Position numbers and translations under genes: made by a program | Part shown: piece after piece, positions 12,751 through 24,300 of the stretch | Position numbering within the stretch: the stretch's first letter is position 1 | Layout: every line of letters begins with the position of its first letter | Assembly: GCA_965649765.1 (NCBI GenBank) | Contig: OZ287748.1 | Span: forward strand, 55,614,001 to 55,678,000 | Length of the DNA stretch: 64,000 nucleotides | Direction of reading: 5' to 3' | Source: Bispira polyomma | Lineage: Eukaryota | The notes under the pieces: generated by a model | The model's input: the letters and a program-made list of their open reading frames with translations, nothing else | The model's database searches: none | Told to the model about the DNA's origin: nothing

Positions 12751-14309
12751 CTTTCATTAAAATCCAAATAATTCAATTTCAGGGCATGATGAGACCATAA
12801 GTGAATTGATTGATTAACGTTGTGCTGATCATTTTTCAAATTGCATATCTCCATCTCGTATGTACCAGGGGCCGTATACACAAAAGGTCTGAAGTCAACA
12901 TTTTGTCTCAAGTCTTGGACTTTTGTCTCAAATCTGAGACAAAAAATTATCTTACATTGAGTGGTATTCACAAAATGGCTCAGCCAATTTTTTGTCTCAG
13001 ATTTGGTCTCGAAGTTGAGACTAGTTGGGAGGTGTCTCAAGTATTTAACAAAAAGTCTCCAGCATTAATCTGTATAAGTAGAGGGCAATACATTTATGAT
13101 TGAAAATAAACTTAATATATTCCATTACTTTTATGATTTATATACATACAGATTATTTTCTGCTTACATCTTATCTTTTTAAAAGACTGATCAATCTTGC
13201 ACCTTTTGGAGTTTTACCTTGAAGGTTTACAGCCTCATGGCTTCACATGGATTTAATATAGAAAATAAGTTCTTCACTTAAAATTAAATTCCGTTTTTAT
13301 AATAATGCACAAATGTATTAAGGTTTTAGTAACATATACACACACATATGTCGCCAATAAATCATACTGCATTTGGGCAAGTTCATTTTTGTTTATATAC
13401 ACAATAAGGTAGCCTTAAAATGATTCTTCAGTGGTGTTTTTAACTATTTTTGGTATGCCTACACAATTTAAAACTGAAAACTTGTCACAAAGTAATTAAA
13501 GACCCATAGAGTGATTCCTGTATTGTGACGTCACACAATTTGAACTCTATGGTGGAACGTCTGTGACAACTATAAATGTAACAAAAAGTACAAATGTAGC
13601 TATAACCTCAAATGTAACAATTTTCAACCACATATGTAGCTATAACCGCAATTGTAACAATGTCTGACAACAAATGTAGTAATCTAAAAAATAATTACAG
13701 CCACAAATGTAACAAATTGAGAAACCACAAACGCAATAACCACAAATGTAAATCCAAAAACCGCAAATGTAACAAATAGATCGACCAAGACTAAAATGGT
13801 TGTTTGGTCTTCAGAAATTGTAAAATGCATATTTTATTATTGAATCATTTAAACGTTGCATCATAATTACAAACTTCTAATTAAAAAAAAATCATCTTTG
13901 ACGAAAAAATTATTTAACTATAACTTTAAATTTTAAATAGTGTGCATTACTGTCATCTTTGCATATTACTTAAAATTACCCATAATTCTATCAAAAATAG
14001 ATGTACGCATATTTATAATTAATAAATAATCCTGTTTTTTTAAATACTTTTGTGTATATGTGCATAAGGTTGTATTTATCTTGTATTGCACAGCATGCAA
14101 CTGTTTCATACCCACCAGGAATTTGAGGGTGCAGCGCAGTAAAAACTGATATTAGATGGGGAGTAGGGATGCTAAGAGCCTGTATGCTGAAAAGATGTTA
14201 GTGGACTTTCCGCAGTCTTGTGGTATAGAGTGCAGAAATCTTCACCAACTGACTACATTCGTGTCTTCTACTAATAAAATGTCTATTGTGCTATCACACC
14301 ATGGTGCTG

Positions 14310-14530
14310 ATTTTTAACTTTTAACGTCCCTTTCAATACATTGTGTATGTCATATTACGACGGGCAGCTCTACTGATGGGGGGAAAGCCATGTACACTAG
14401 TTGGTCAAAATTCTGCACTGTAAACCACCGACCATCGGCAAGTACCTGCCAACTTTCCCACTTATGAGCCGGGGCCGAGATTCAAACCCACCACCTCTGA
14501 GGTGGAAGGCGTGTGTGTTGTCACCGAGGC
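14310..14530 (-). mobile_element. tRNA-derived SINE
   Basis: Reverse strand: GGGTTTGAATCTCGG (B-box), AGTGGGAAAGTTGGCAGGTACTTGCCGATGGTCGGTGGTTTACAGTGCAGAATTTTGACCAACT, homologous to 36751-37010. Confidence 0.7.
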
Positions 14531-14769
14531 AACTACCTTGTGCTGGAAGCTACCTTAACTGCTAAGTTTAGGTGATATTTTATTTTTAAACGTATCTTTT
14601 TCGTTACTGATAGAGAAGTGTAAATGAGCTAATATATTTAGGCTGACCTTAATTTATCTGTCTCTGTGGCCTAGTGGGTAATGCACTCCCTTAGGAACGT
14701 CGTGGTCCTCAGTTCAATCCCAGTTACATAGTTCTCCCTATAAATCAATGTCTTGCATTTTTAGCTGAT

Positions 14770-15630
14770 ACATTTTGAAAAATTTTCATTGATAAGATCA
14801 GCAACATTCGTGACCGTGTTTTAATGATGTATCATTTCTGTCCTCCAACCCCAGGCTCCAAGGCTTCTAACCTATTTCATTTCTGCACCCTCTCCAAGCA
14901 AGATGTTCTATAACTTTATAAAATTCTCTCCTATTAAATCTTTTGAACTAGATCCTATCCCAGCGGTTATTCTAAATAAATGCATCGACATTTTGGTCAC
15001 ATCCATAACCAACATAATAAACTTTTCTGTTCTGGATGGTATCTTTCGCACCTGTTTCAAGACTGCAAATGTAACTCCCTTTGATAAAAAACAAGGGCTC
15101 AAAAGAACCAGCTCAAAAATTACAGACCGGTGTCAAACCTCAGCTTTGTCACTAAAGTTATCAAGAAAGTACAATAAATTCCTGACCACCTCAAAAGACA
15201 TAACATCGAAAATTGTCACCAATCTTCTTACAGAAAATTTCACTCTGCAGAAAGTGCCCTTCCAATCAACAATGATATCAATCTTGCACTGAACAGCAAT
15301 GAAACAGTGGCTCTCACCCTTTAAGATCTTTCAGCAGCATTCGACACTATTGATCATGGTCTGCTCTGCGACACTTTCAAGCAGTGGTTATAAATAACTG
15401 GTAGTGTCCTTAAATGGATAAGATCCTACCTTACTCTTCGAGCACAAAGAATTGAATTAGATGATCACCTATCATCTTCCACAAACCTACCATACACTGT
15501 CCTTGATTGGATTAAATCCTACCTAGCTCTTAGAACCCAAAAAATCAAAACGTTCCCCAGGGATCTGTCCTTGGGCCTCTACTTTTCACCCTTTGGGAGT
15601 GTCCTCAATAATCAATATAAAACACCACAT
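14770..15630 (+). mobile_element. Decayed CR1/L2-group LINE ORF2 (reverse transcriptase), 5' part, interrupted by the LTR element
   Basis: Frameshifted motifs KS.ELDPIP..IL, FKTANVTP, NYRPVSNL, DLSAAFDTIDH, VPQGSVLGPLLF. Confidence 0.88.
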
Positions 15631-16405
15631 TGTTACATATAAGGACATTGTAGTATGTTAAAGCACTCTGCTAGAGTGATCTATTTATAGATTTGGGGAC
15701 ACCCCTAAGCTTCTAGAAGCTGTTTCTATTTTGTTTCTGTTGTTAATGAAGCTGTCCTTATTTGTTTACATCTCAATCTGGAACATTCTAGCAATTGTTC
15801 ACATATTCTAGCAACCTTCTCTAGCAGTGGTATATATAAGGATTGACAGCCTGGCCACAGACCAGAGTTTATTTAAGTTGATGTGCTATACGAACTGCTA
15901 TACTGTGAAACATTTTATTTCTTTTCCTGTGGATATAAACTGATTACTATATATGTTTTTGTGGTGAACTCATTGGAGTGAACTAGATAAAAGTTGTGGA
16001 TCTACCAGGGATTGGATTTACTGCATATTGGATATTTTTGCATCCTGGACTGGATAGCTTACTTGTGCAGACTCTCTGGATATATACATTTTGTGTTCGT
16101 GGACACCAAAGGGATAACAGGATACAGGCATTGTGTGGACACTGAGCGAATCTCAAGACAGATTGCTGGATACAGTGGACAAACTTGTTTAATTGTTATT
16201 TATGTGGACAGGACTGTGGTCAGGTCAGATTGGTTTCATTATTGTATTATTGTATGAACTATTAAGGGTATCTCAGTTGACTGTAATTCTGTAATTGTTA
16301 TTTTATTTGTTAAATAAATTTGTAAAGTGAAACTTTTTGTCTTTTCCTGTTACAATCTCAAAGCAACCGATAATTGCTACCGTGCTTGCTCCCGTGACCG
16401 TAACA
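15631..16405 (+). repeat. 5' LTR (775 bp)
   Basis: TGTTAC...GTAACA inverted termini; TATA-like TATATATAAG (~15831) and AATAAA (~16313); near-identical to 21441-22214. Confidence 0.97.
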
Positions 16406-16412
16406 GGAAAAT

Positions 16413-16430
16413 TGGGGGCTCGTCCGGGAT
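16413..16430 (+). promoter_or_regulatory. Primer-binding site complementary to the 3' end of tRNA-Pro
   Basis: TGGGGGCTCGTCCGGGAT, the canonical 18-nt tRNA-Pro PBS, 7 bp after the 5' LTR. Confidence 0.93.
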
Positions 16431-16512
16431 CCAACCATTTGATCTAACTATTTATATAGCTTTTTAAAAAATAACTTATTTGGAAAATATATTGCAGTCA
16501 ACAGTGCTCAAA

Positions 16513-19500
16513 ATGGCTAGTGCTAAAGAGTTTGTACAGTCACCATCTATTGAGGTTCTAGAAACTTTTAAAAAAGATATTTTAATGCAGATAGCACAAG
16601 AATTACAGTTAGATGTGAAAAGGTCAACATGTAAACATGAACTGAAAAGGCTTATTGTTGAACAGTTAGTTGATGAAGACATTTTGCATGATAGTTGTTT
16701 AGAAGTGTATAAACCTCTGCCAATGGAACCTTCTGGGCAATTTGAGATCAGGCGATTAGAAATTGAAAGAGAGCTAAAACTTAAAGAGCTTGAAGCTCAG
16801 CAACAACAGAGAAAAGTTGAGCTTGAGGCTCAAAGGCGAAAAGAAGAGCTTGAGCTTGAGGCTCAAAGACGAAAAGAAGAGCTTGAAGCTCAAAAATTTG
16901 AAAAAGAACTTGAGCTTAAGCATGAAAGGGAAATGAAGGCTTTGGAACTCAATGCTCGCCGAATTGCCCACGAAGAGTCAATGGCAACCAAATTTGATTT
17001 GGGTAAAAATATGCGACTGGTACCACCTTTCAACGAGTCAGAAGTTGATAAATATTTTCAACACTTTGAACGAGTGGCTCAAAATTTGAAATGGCCCACA
17101 AACCAGTGGCCTTTATTGCTGCAAAGTGTTTTCAAAGGCAAAGCCCAAGAGGCATATACAACTTTACCAATTTCTGAATGTAGAGACTATGACTGTGTGA
17201 AAAATGCTATTTTAAAAGCATATGAGTTAATACCAGAAGCATATCGTCAAAAATTCAGAAATTACCGTAAGCAAGAAAATCAAACTTATGTTGAATTTGC
17301 CCATGAGAAAGAAGTGTACTTTGACAGATGGTGTAATTCTAGAGAGGTTGGTACAGACTTTGAAAAGCTTAGGCAAGTCATTTTAATTGAGGAGTTCGAG
17401 TTCAAAAGGGGTGTTCGTGATGACATTAAAACCTATCTGGATGAACGGAAAGTAGAAAATTTGCAAAAAGCAGCAGCTTATGCTGATGATTATGCGCTGA
17501 CTCGCAAGTCCACTTTTAACAAGAGTAAATCCTCTGGTCCCACAAAGAAGTTTTATCCTGAAGTAGGAAAGAAATTAGGAAATGTAGCTCCAGAAAAGAG
17601 TTCAGATAAGTTTCAAACAACAAATCAGACAATGAGTAAGGATAGGAAACCTAGGTCCTTTGCTCCTGTGTGCCATTACTGTAAAAAACCTGGGCATGTT
17701 ATGTCTGACTGTTGGCTCTTAAAGAAAAGAAGAGAAAAGGAGGCAACACCTAATGCCTTTATTTCAAGCAAATCTAATTGGCATTCAAATCCCAATAGAG
17801 CAGAATCTAGTATTGGTTTAGACAAGTCTGAGATTAGGGATGAGTTCAAACCTTTTGTGTCTGAGGGTTTTGTATCCTTAGATAGTAGTTCCAATCAAGT
17901 TCCCATTAGGATATTAAGAGACACTGGGGCTACTCAGTCACTACTTTTAGAAGGTGTATTGCCATTGAGTGTAAGCACTTTTACTGGTGAGAGTATTATT
18001 GCTCAAGGTATTGAAGGAGGTTGTGTAAACATTCCCTTACATAAGGTCAACTTAGTATCAGACTTAGTTACTGGTTCTGTTGTGGTGGGTACCAGACCCA
18101 CTTTACCCATTACAGGGGTGTCTTTGCTGTTGGGAAACGATTTGGCAGGTGGCAAGGTGGTTGCTGATCCTAAGGTTACTTCTAGGCCGATCACTTTGGT
18201 TAGCACTGAGAAATTAGAAGAGGTTATTCCTGGTATTTTTCCCTCCTGTGCTGTGACTCGAGCTATGGCTAAAAAAGCCCAAGAAGAACCAAAAGATTGT
18301 AAGCAATCTACAGATGTCTTGGTTGATTTATCAGATACATTCTTGAACAACTGTGACCATGATGTGCAAAATCATAGTGATATTGACCCTAAAGGTAGGG
18401 AAGATTTTGAGAAACAAGATCCAATTGATGATCCAAATGTGTCACTCTCAAAATCAAAATTGATTGTAGAGCAGGAAAATGACCCTGAATTAGCCCCTCT
18501 ATTCAAATTGGTGTTACCACCAGTAGAGCTAGATATGGTCCCAGTGGGCTATTATATCAGAAATGGTGTGCTTATGCGAAAGTGGAGACCGCCAAGCGTG
18601 CCTACATCTGAGAACTGGTCAATAATTCATCAGATTGTATTACCAAAAATGTACCAAAATGATGTATTGAGGTTAGCTCATGAGTCTCCAATGGGTGGTC
18701 ATTTAGGCATCAATAAAACCTATGGCAAAATAACCAAGCATTTCTACTGGCCTCAAATCCGGCATTGTGTGGCAGAATTTTGTAAAACTTGCCACATTTG
18801 TCAAGTTGTAGGAAAACCAAACCAAAAGATTCCTATAGCTCCTCTAAAACCCATTCCAGCATTTGAGGAACCATTCAGCAAGGTGATAATTGATTGTGTA
18901 GGCCCCTTACCAAAGACTAAATCCAGAAACCAATATCTCTTAACCATTATGTGTGCCTCAACCAGATTCCCTGAAGCCATACCTTTGACCAACATAACAG
19001 CCCCGAAAATCTCGAAAGCTTTAGACAATTTCTTCTTGGCTTACCCAAAGAGATCCAATCAGATCAAGGGTCAAATTTCATGTCAGGATTATTTCAGCAA
19101 GTTGTGTTTCAGCTAGGTGCCAAACAGATCAAATCTAGTGCTTATCACCCAGAATCACAAGGTGCCCTTGAAAGGTTCCATTCCACTTTAAAAAATATGA
19201 TTAGGACCTATTGCTTAGAAAATGAGAAAGACTGGGATGAAGGCATCAACTTATTATTGTTTGCAGTTAGGGAATCAGTGCAAGAGTCTTTAGGCTTTAG
19301 TCCCTTTGAGTTGGTGTTTGGTCATTCAGTCCGTGGTCCTCTTAAGTTGTTGAAAGAAAATTGGTTATCTGAGAACTCTGAGAGCCTAAACCTGTTAGAT
19401 TATGTTTCAAAGTTTAGGAGTAGGCTGAAAAAGGCTTGTGAGCTAGCACAACAAAATTTGAAACAATCTCAGTCAAAAATGAAAATGCTTTATGATAGAA

Positions 19501-21242
19501 AGTTGCAAAATCGTGTTTTTAAACCGGGAGACAAGGTTTTAGTGCTATTACCTGTCCAGGGGAACACGTTACAAGCCAGATATCATGGACCATACAAAGT
19601 GTTAAAGAGAGTAGGTGATTTGGATTATATCATTGAAACCCCGGACAGAAGGAAGTCAAACCAAATGTGTCATGTAAATATGGTAAAACCATACTTTGAA
19701 AGGGGTGTGACAAAGCCTGTCATGGCTACTGACTGTAATGTAGTAAATGACAACAATCAGGAACATGAACCATGGAATGACAATCCTGATGTTGAAGTTA
19801 AATGTAAAATCAGGTTGAGTAATTCAGAAATTCTTGCTGATTTGGAAACCAAACTGAATCATGTACCTCCAGATAAGAGGATCCCACTTAGTGAGTTACT
19901 CTTGAAGTATAAGTCAGTATTTCCTGATACCCCTAACAGAACCAATGTACTCATGCATGATGTTGATGTTGGTAATGCCATTCCGGTCAAACAGCACCCG
20001 TATCGTGTAAACCCAATCAAACTTGAAAAATTAAGCCAAGAAGTGCAATACATGTTGGACAAAGATATAATTGAACCAAGTCAAAGTAGTTGGGCATCTC
20101 CTTGTGTTTTGGTCCCGAAGCCTGATGATTCTATCAGATATTGCACAGACTATAGAAAGGTTAATGTTTTGAGTAAAACTGATTCATTTCCTATCCCAAG
20201 AATGGAAGACTGTATTGATCGGATTGGTAAAGCCAAATATATCACAAAGTGTGGCTTATTGAAAGGTTACTGATGTGTACCTCTTACTGAATGGGCAAAA
20301 GAAATATCAGCATTTGTAATTCCCGATGGTCTGTATCAGTACAAAGTAATGCCATTTGGCATGAAAAATTCCCAAGCTACATTTCAGAGACTAATGAATA
20401 TATGTTTAAGGAACTTAGAAGGGGTTGAAGTGTATGTAGATGATATTGTCATCTTTAGTGATACTTGGGAAGAACATTTAAAAAGACTTGAACAAGTTCT
20501 GTTTCAGCTCAAGCAAGCTCACCTTACTGTGAATCTATCAAAAAGTGACTTTGTAAAAGCAAAGGTTGTTTACTTAGGGCATGTAATTGGTCATGGAGTT
20601 GTGACACCAATTAAAGCAAAAGTTGAAAGCATCATTGACTATCCCATTCCTAGAAATAAGAAAAGTTTAATGAGGCTCCTGGGAATGTCAGGTTATTATA
20701 GAAAATTTTGTAAAAATTTCTCAGATGTCACTGCGCCACTGACTGAGCTTTTAAAAAAAAATGTAAAATATCACTGGTCTGAAGCATGTCAAAAAGCATT
20801 TGACAAAGTAAAGAGTGTTCTCTGTTCGGAGCCTGTACTAGCTGCTCCAGACTTCAGTAGACCATTTCGGCTAGCTGTGGATGCCAGTGATGTTGGGGCA
20901 GGTGCAGTTTTACTGCAGACTGATGATGAGGATATTGAACATCCCATTTGTTATTTTTCAAAAAAATTTAACGTACATCAAAAGAATTACTCTACAATAG
21001 AAAAGGAATGTTTAGTCCTCATTCTAGCCATTAAACACTTTGATATCTATATATCTTCATCATCAAAACCAATTATTGTGTACACAGATCACAACCCTTT
21101 AGTATTCTTGCACAAAATGAAAAACAAAAACAGACGATTATTGAATTGGAGTTTGGTTTTGCAAGAATACAGTTTACAAATAGAGCATGTTAAAGGAAAA
21201 GATAACATTTGTGCTGATGCTCTATCCAGAAGTTGTAGTTAA
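16513..21242 (+). pseudogene. Disrupted gag-pol polyprotein: capsid/SCAN-like region, CCHC zinc knuckle, aspartic protease, integrase, reverse transcriptase, RNase H
   Basis: AYELIPEAYRQKFR (capsid); CHYCKKPGHVMSDC; LRDTGA; HESPMGGH..CKTCHIC; IIDCVGP..SDQGSNF..YHPESQGALER; YVDDIV; DASDVGAGAVL..YTDHNPL..ADALSR. One frameshift near 19030 and one TGA at 20271-20273 (GYW>GY*). Confidence 0.95.
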
Positions 21243-21429
21243 AGGTTATTTTGTATGTTAGTAACTGAAAAGTAAACTTGTAAAACTTAGATGTTTACTT
21301 ATGGATATTACTTGTGTAACTTAAAATACAATGTTCCATAGAATGTTATTATATATGTACACTATATATTCACTTATATTTTGTGTAATATGAAATTTTG
21401 TAACCCCTTGGCTTCCAAAATTTTTCTTT

Positions 21430-21440
21430 AAGGGGGGAGA
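21430..21440 (+). promoter_or_regulatory. Polypurine tract
   Basis: AAGGGGGGAGA immediately before the 3' LTR. Confidence 0.9.
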
Positions 21441-22214
21441 TGTTACATATAAGGACATTGTGGTATGTTAAAGCACTCTGCTAGAGTGATCTATTTATAG
21501 ATTTGGGGACACCCCTAAGCTTCTAGAAGCTGTTTCTATTTTGTTTCTGTTGTTATTGAAGCTGTCCTTATTTGTTTACATCTCAATCTGGAACATTCTA
21601 GCAATTGTTCACATATTCTAGCAACCTTCTCTAGCAGTTGTATATATAAGGATTGACAGCCTGGCCACAGACCAGAGTTTATTTAAGTTGATGTGCTATA
21701 CGAACTGCTATACTGTGAAACATTTTATTTCTTTTCCTGTGGATATAAACTGATTACTATATATGTTTTGTGGTGAACTCATTGGAGTGAACTAGATAAA
21801 AGTTGTGGATCTACCAGGGATTGGATTTACTGCATATTGGATATTTTTGCATCCTGGACTGGATAGCTTAGTTGGGCAGACTCTCTGGATATATACATTT
21901 TGTGTTCGTGGACACCAAAGGGATAAAAGGATACAGGCATTGTGTGGACACTGAGCGGATCTCAAGACAGATTGCTGGATACAGTGGTCAAACTTGTTTA
22001 ATTGTTATTTATGTGGACAGGACTGTGGTCAGGTCAGATTGGTTTCATTATTGTATTATTGTATAAACTATTAAGGGTATCTCAGTTGACTGTAATTCTG
22101 TAATTGTTATTTTATTTGTTAAATAAATTTGTCAAGTGAAACTTTTTGTCTTTTCCTGTTACAACCTCAAAGCAACCGGTAATTGCTACCGCGCTTGCTC
22201 CCGTCACCGTAACA
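21441..22214 (+). repeat. 3' LTR (774 bp)
   Basis: Copy of 15631-16405 with about 15 differences counted by eye. Confidence 0.97.
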
Positions 22215-23055
22215 ACATGCATGCTGACAACACTCAAGTCTATCCCTCTCTCAACCATCAAAATGCGAATAAAAATATTGATCTACTGGATGAACTACTC
22301 CAAACTAAAACTAAACCCGGTAAAAAGGGAATTCATTCTCATTGAAAACAAGACAAACATTGAATTCTTAAAATCCTTGTTCCCCGTTACTAACTTCCAA
22401 AACTTCCCAAACCTTGGTGTCACTTTTGATTCGGCCTTTTTGTTTGACACTCATATTGCCAACATCTACCACATGTGCAACATCAAAAGAATCTTAAACC
22501 ACCTGTCAATGGAAACTGCGATAACTGTGGCTAACGCTTTTGTGAGCAGCTGCCTCGATTACTGAAACTCTCTTATGTTAGGAGTAAACAAGCCACAGAT
22601 TTAAAAGCTTCAGTCCATTCAAAACTACCTATCCAGGGTGATTTTTTGCCTGGGTGGTCGCACAGACGCCACTCCTTACCTCCAAAAAGTACACTGGCTG
22701 CCCATTCACTTTCAAATTCTTTTCAAATTTAACGTTGCCACTTTAAAGGCTGTAATTACTCAACAGCCCTCCTACCTTGCTTCCCTTCCCTCTTTCAGTA
22801 ACCGTAAGAGAGGCAACAGACTCTCTGTTTCTTCAGTCAGACCCATAAGAAAAGCGGCATCGGTATTAGAAAAAAGCTTAAAACCTATCTTTTTAACCTT
22901 GCGTACCCACCTTAGTTTCCTTTGTGCATGCTCTTTCCTTACTACTTTGCTATGCCCATTGACTTTACAATTGGATCCATGATTCTGCTGTTGCACTTTA
23001 GAAGATGCCTAGCATCAATAAAGTATGTTTAAAATTAATAATAATAATAATAATA
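22215..23055 (+). mobile_element. 3' continuation of the CR1/L2-group LINE, with 3' UTR and (AAT)n tail
   Basis: MHADNTQVY (decayed YADD), WMNYSKLKLN, NLGVTFDS, VSSCLDY, LQKVHWLPI; the tail TTAGAAGATGCCTAGCATCAATAA is shared with 59215-59240. Confidence 0.88.
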
Positions 23056-23119
23056 GTTACTCAGATGACCGCTTAAAATGGCAGTCCTCTTATGCTATGC
23101 TAATATGAAAGATTTTTAA

Positions 23120-24300
23120 CGAGCCTAATTGATGCCAGGCATCTTCTAAAGTTCAACATCATTGACAGTGTTGATAAAATTATAGTCCTTTTTCAATGCA
23201 GAATCGGGATCACCGGTTGGGGTGAAGGATAAAATGTTTATGGAGGGTAAGCAAGGGTGAAAAATATTTCTGGTAAATTGCTCCATTGATTAGGTGCTGC
23301 AACAGAGAAAGCATAGGATCCATTAGAGAGTGAGATTCTCCTAGTAAGCATGCTGCACTAGGCAAAATATTGGGGCTGGCAAAGGTTGACAGCTTTGTAT
23401 GTAGTGACATTGGAATAAATTACAATGTCAAGATCATAATCAATAAAACTTTAAAGTGTAGATAAAGCAGATACAGCATGAATGTTACTTTTTATTATCC
23501 ACTAAAAGTAGCCCCTCCAATTTTATATTACCCCCGCCCAATTAGTGTTAAACAAAATAATTTTTCAGTAGTGTTGTGTACTGAAAAAAGGTCAGGTGGG
23601 ATAAGTGAAAGAGAAAGTGAGCACCTAGTAACTTGTGTTAGGTCTTTCCATAACTTGGGTGCAGCTTATGAGAAACTATTATTGAAATGGACTTCTGATT
23701 TGTGTATGCGGCAATCAAAAATATGAACATTGAGAAACAATTTGTTGGGATTACCACAACGGTTATTAAATTGTCCAGAGTTAGGGTTGAGATAGGGGCT
23801 GAGGTATTTTAAGAGGCCTGTTTTAACAGACAGGCAGTGTAAATCTTTTAGAACAGGAGATATATGGGAATACTTTTAGGTATGATTGATAATACGAGCG
23901 AGAGTGTTCTGTATTGTTTGAAAGTGAAACATCTACTTGGTAGACAAAGTACTCAGCAATAAGTTACGGTAGTCAACGTGACTGCTCACAAGTGCCCACA
24001 ACAGCTGTATCCCCTGACAAATTTTATTGAACTGTATGTAATGCTAACGAAACAAAGTGGTTTTGTGTATAATCAGAAAAGGGTTGGACCGAGCATTGAA
24101 CCCTGAGGGACAGCAAATCCGAGCTTGATAAAGTCAGAAAGAGATGAACCCATTTTAACTACTTGATATCTGTTGGCTAAATATGATTTAAACCAAGCAA
24201 GAGAAGCACCACTGAAACCATGCCAAGAAGCAAGGCAGTAGGACAGTGTGATGGTCAATAGTGTCAAAAGCAGCCGATAGGTCCAATAAGAGCCGTAGGA
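23120..24300 (-). mobile_element. Decayed CR1/L2-group LINE fragment on the minus strand
   Basis: Reverse strand: LLDLSAAFDTIDH, WFKSYL.NR.Q.V, VPQGSMLGPTLF, SSHVDYRNLL, HISPVLKDLHCLSV; tail TTAGAAGATGCCTGGCATCAAT at ~23130-23150. Confidence 0.8.

Larger units (their letters stand above)
15631..22214 (+). mobile_element. Full-length Gmr1-like Ty3/gypsy LTR retrotransposon (6584 bp)
   Basis: Paired TG..CA LTRs, 4-bp target-site duplication ACAT (15627-15630 and 22215-22218), PBS, PPT, and a gag-PR-INT-RT-RNaseH polyprotein. Confidence 0.97.

Noticed and set aside
13560-13780. Cluster of AAATGTAAC/AAATGTAGC motifs
   Set aside because: Probably the subterminal repeats of a truncated non-autonomous transposon; no matching other end found, so it was not classified.
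14660-14725. tRNA-like sequence with A and B boxes
   Set aside because: No convincing cloverleaf or anticodon arm; more likely an isolated SINE head.
15994-16257. Duplicated short ORFs at 15994-16257 and 21872-22066
   Set aside because: They lie within the two LTRs, start at non-ATG codons and have no recognisable domain.
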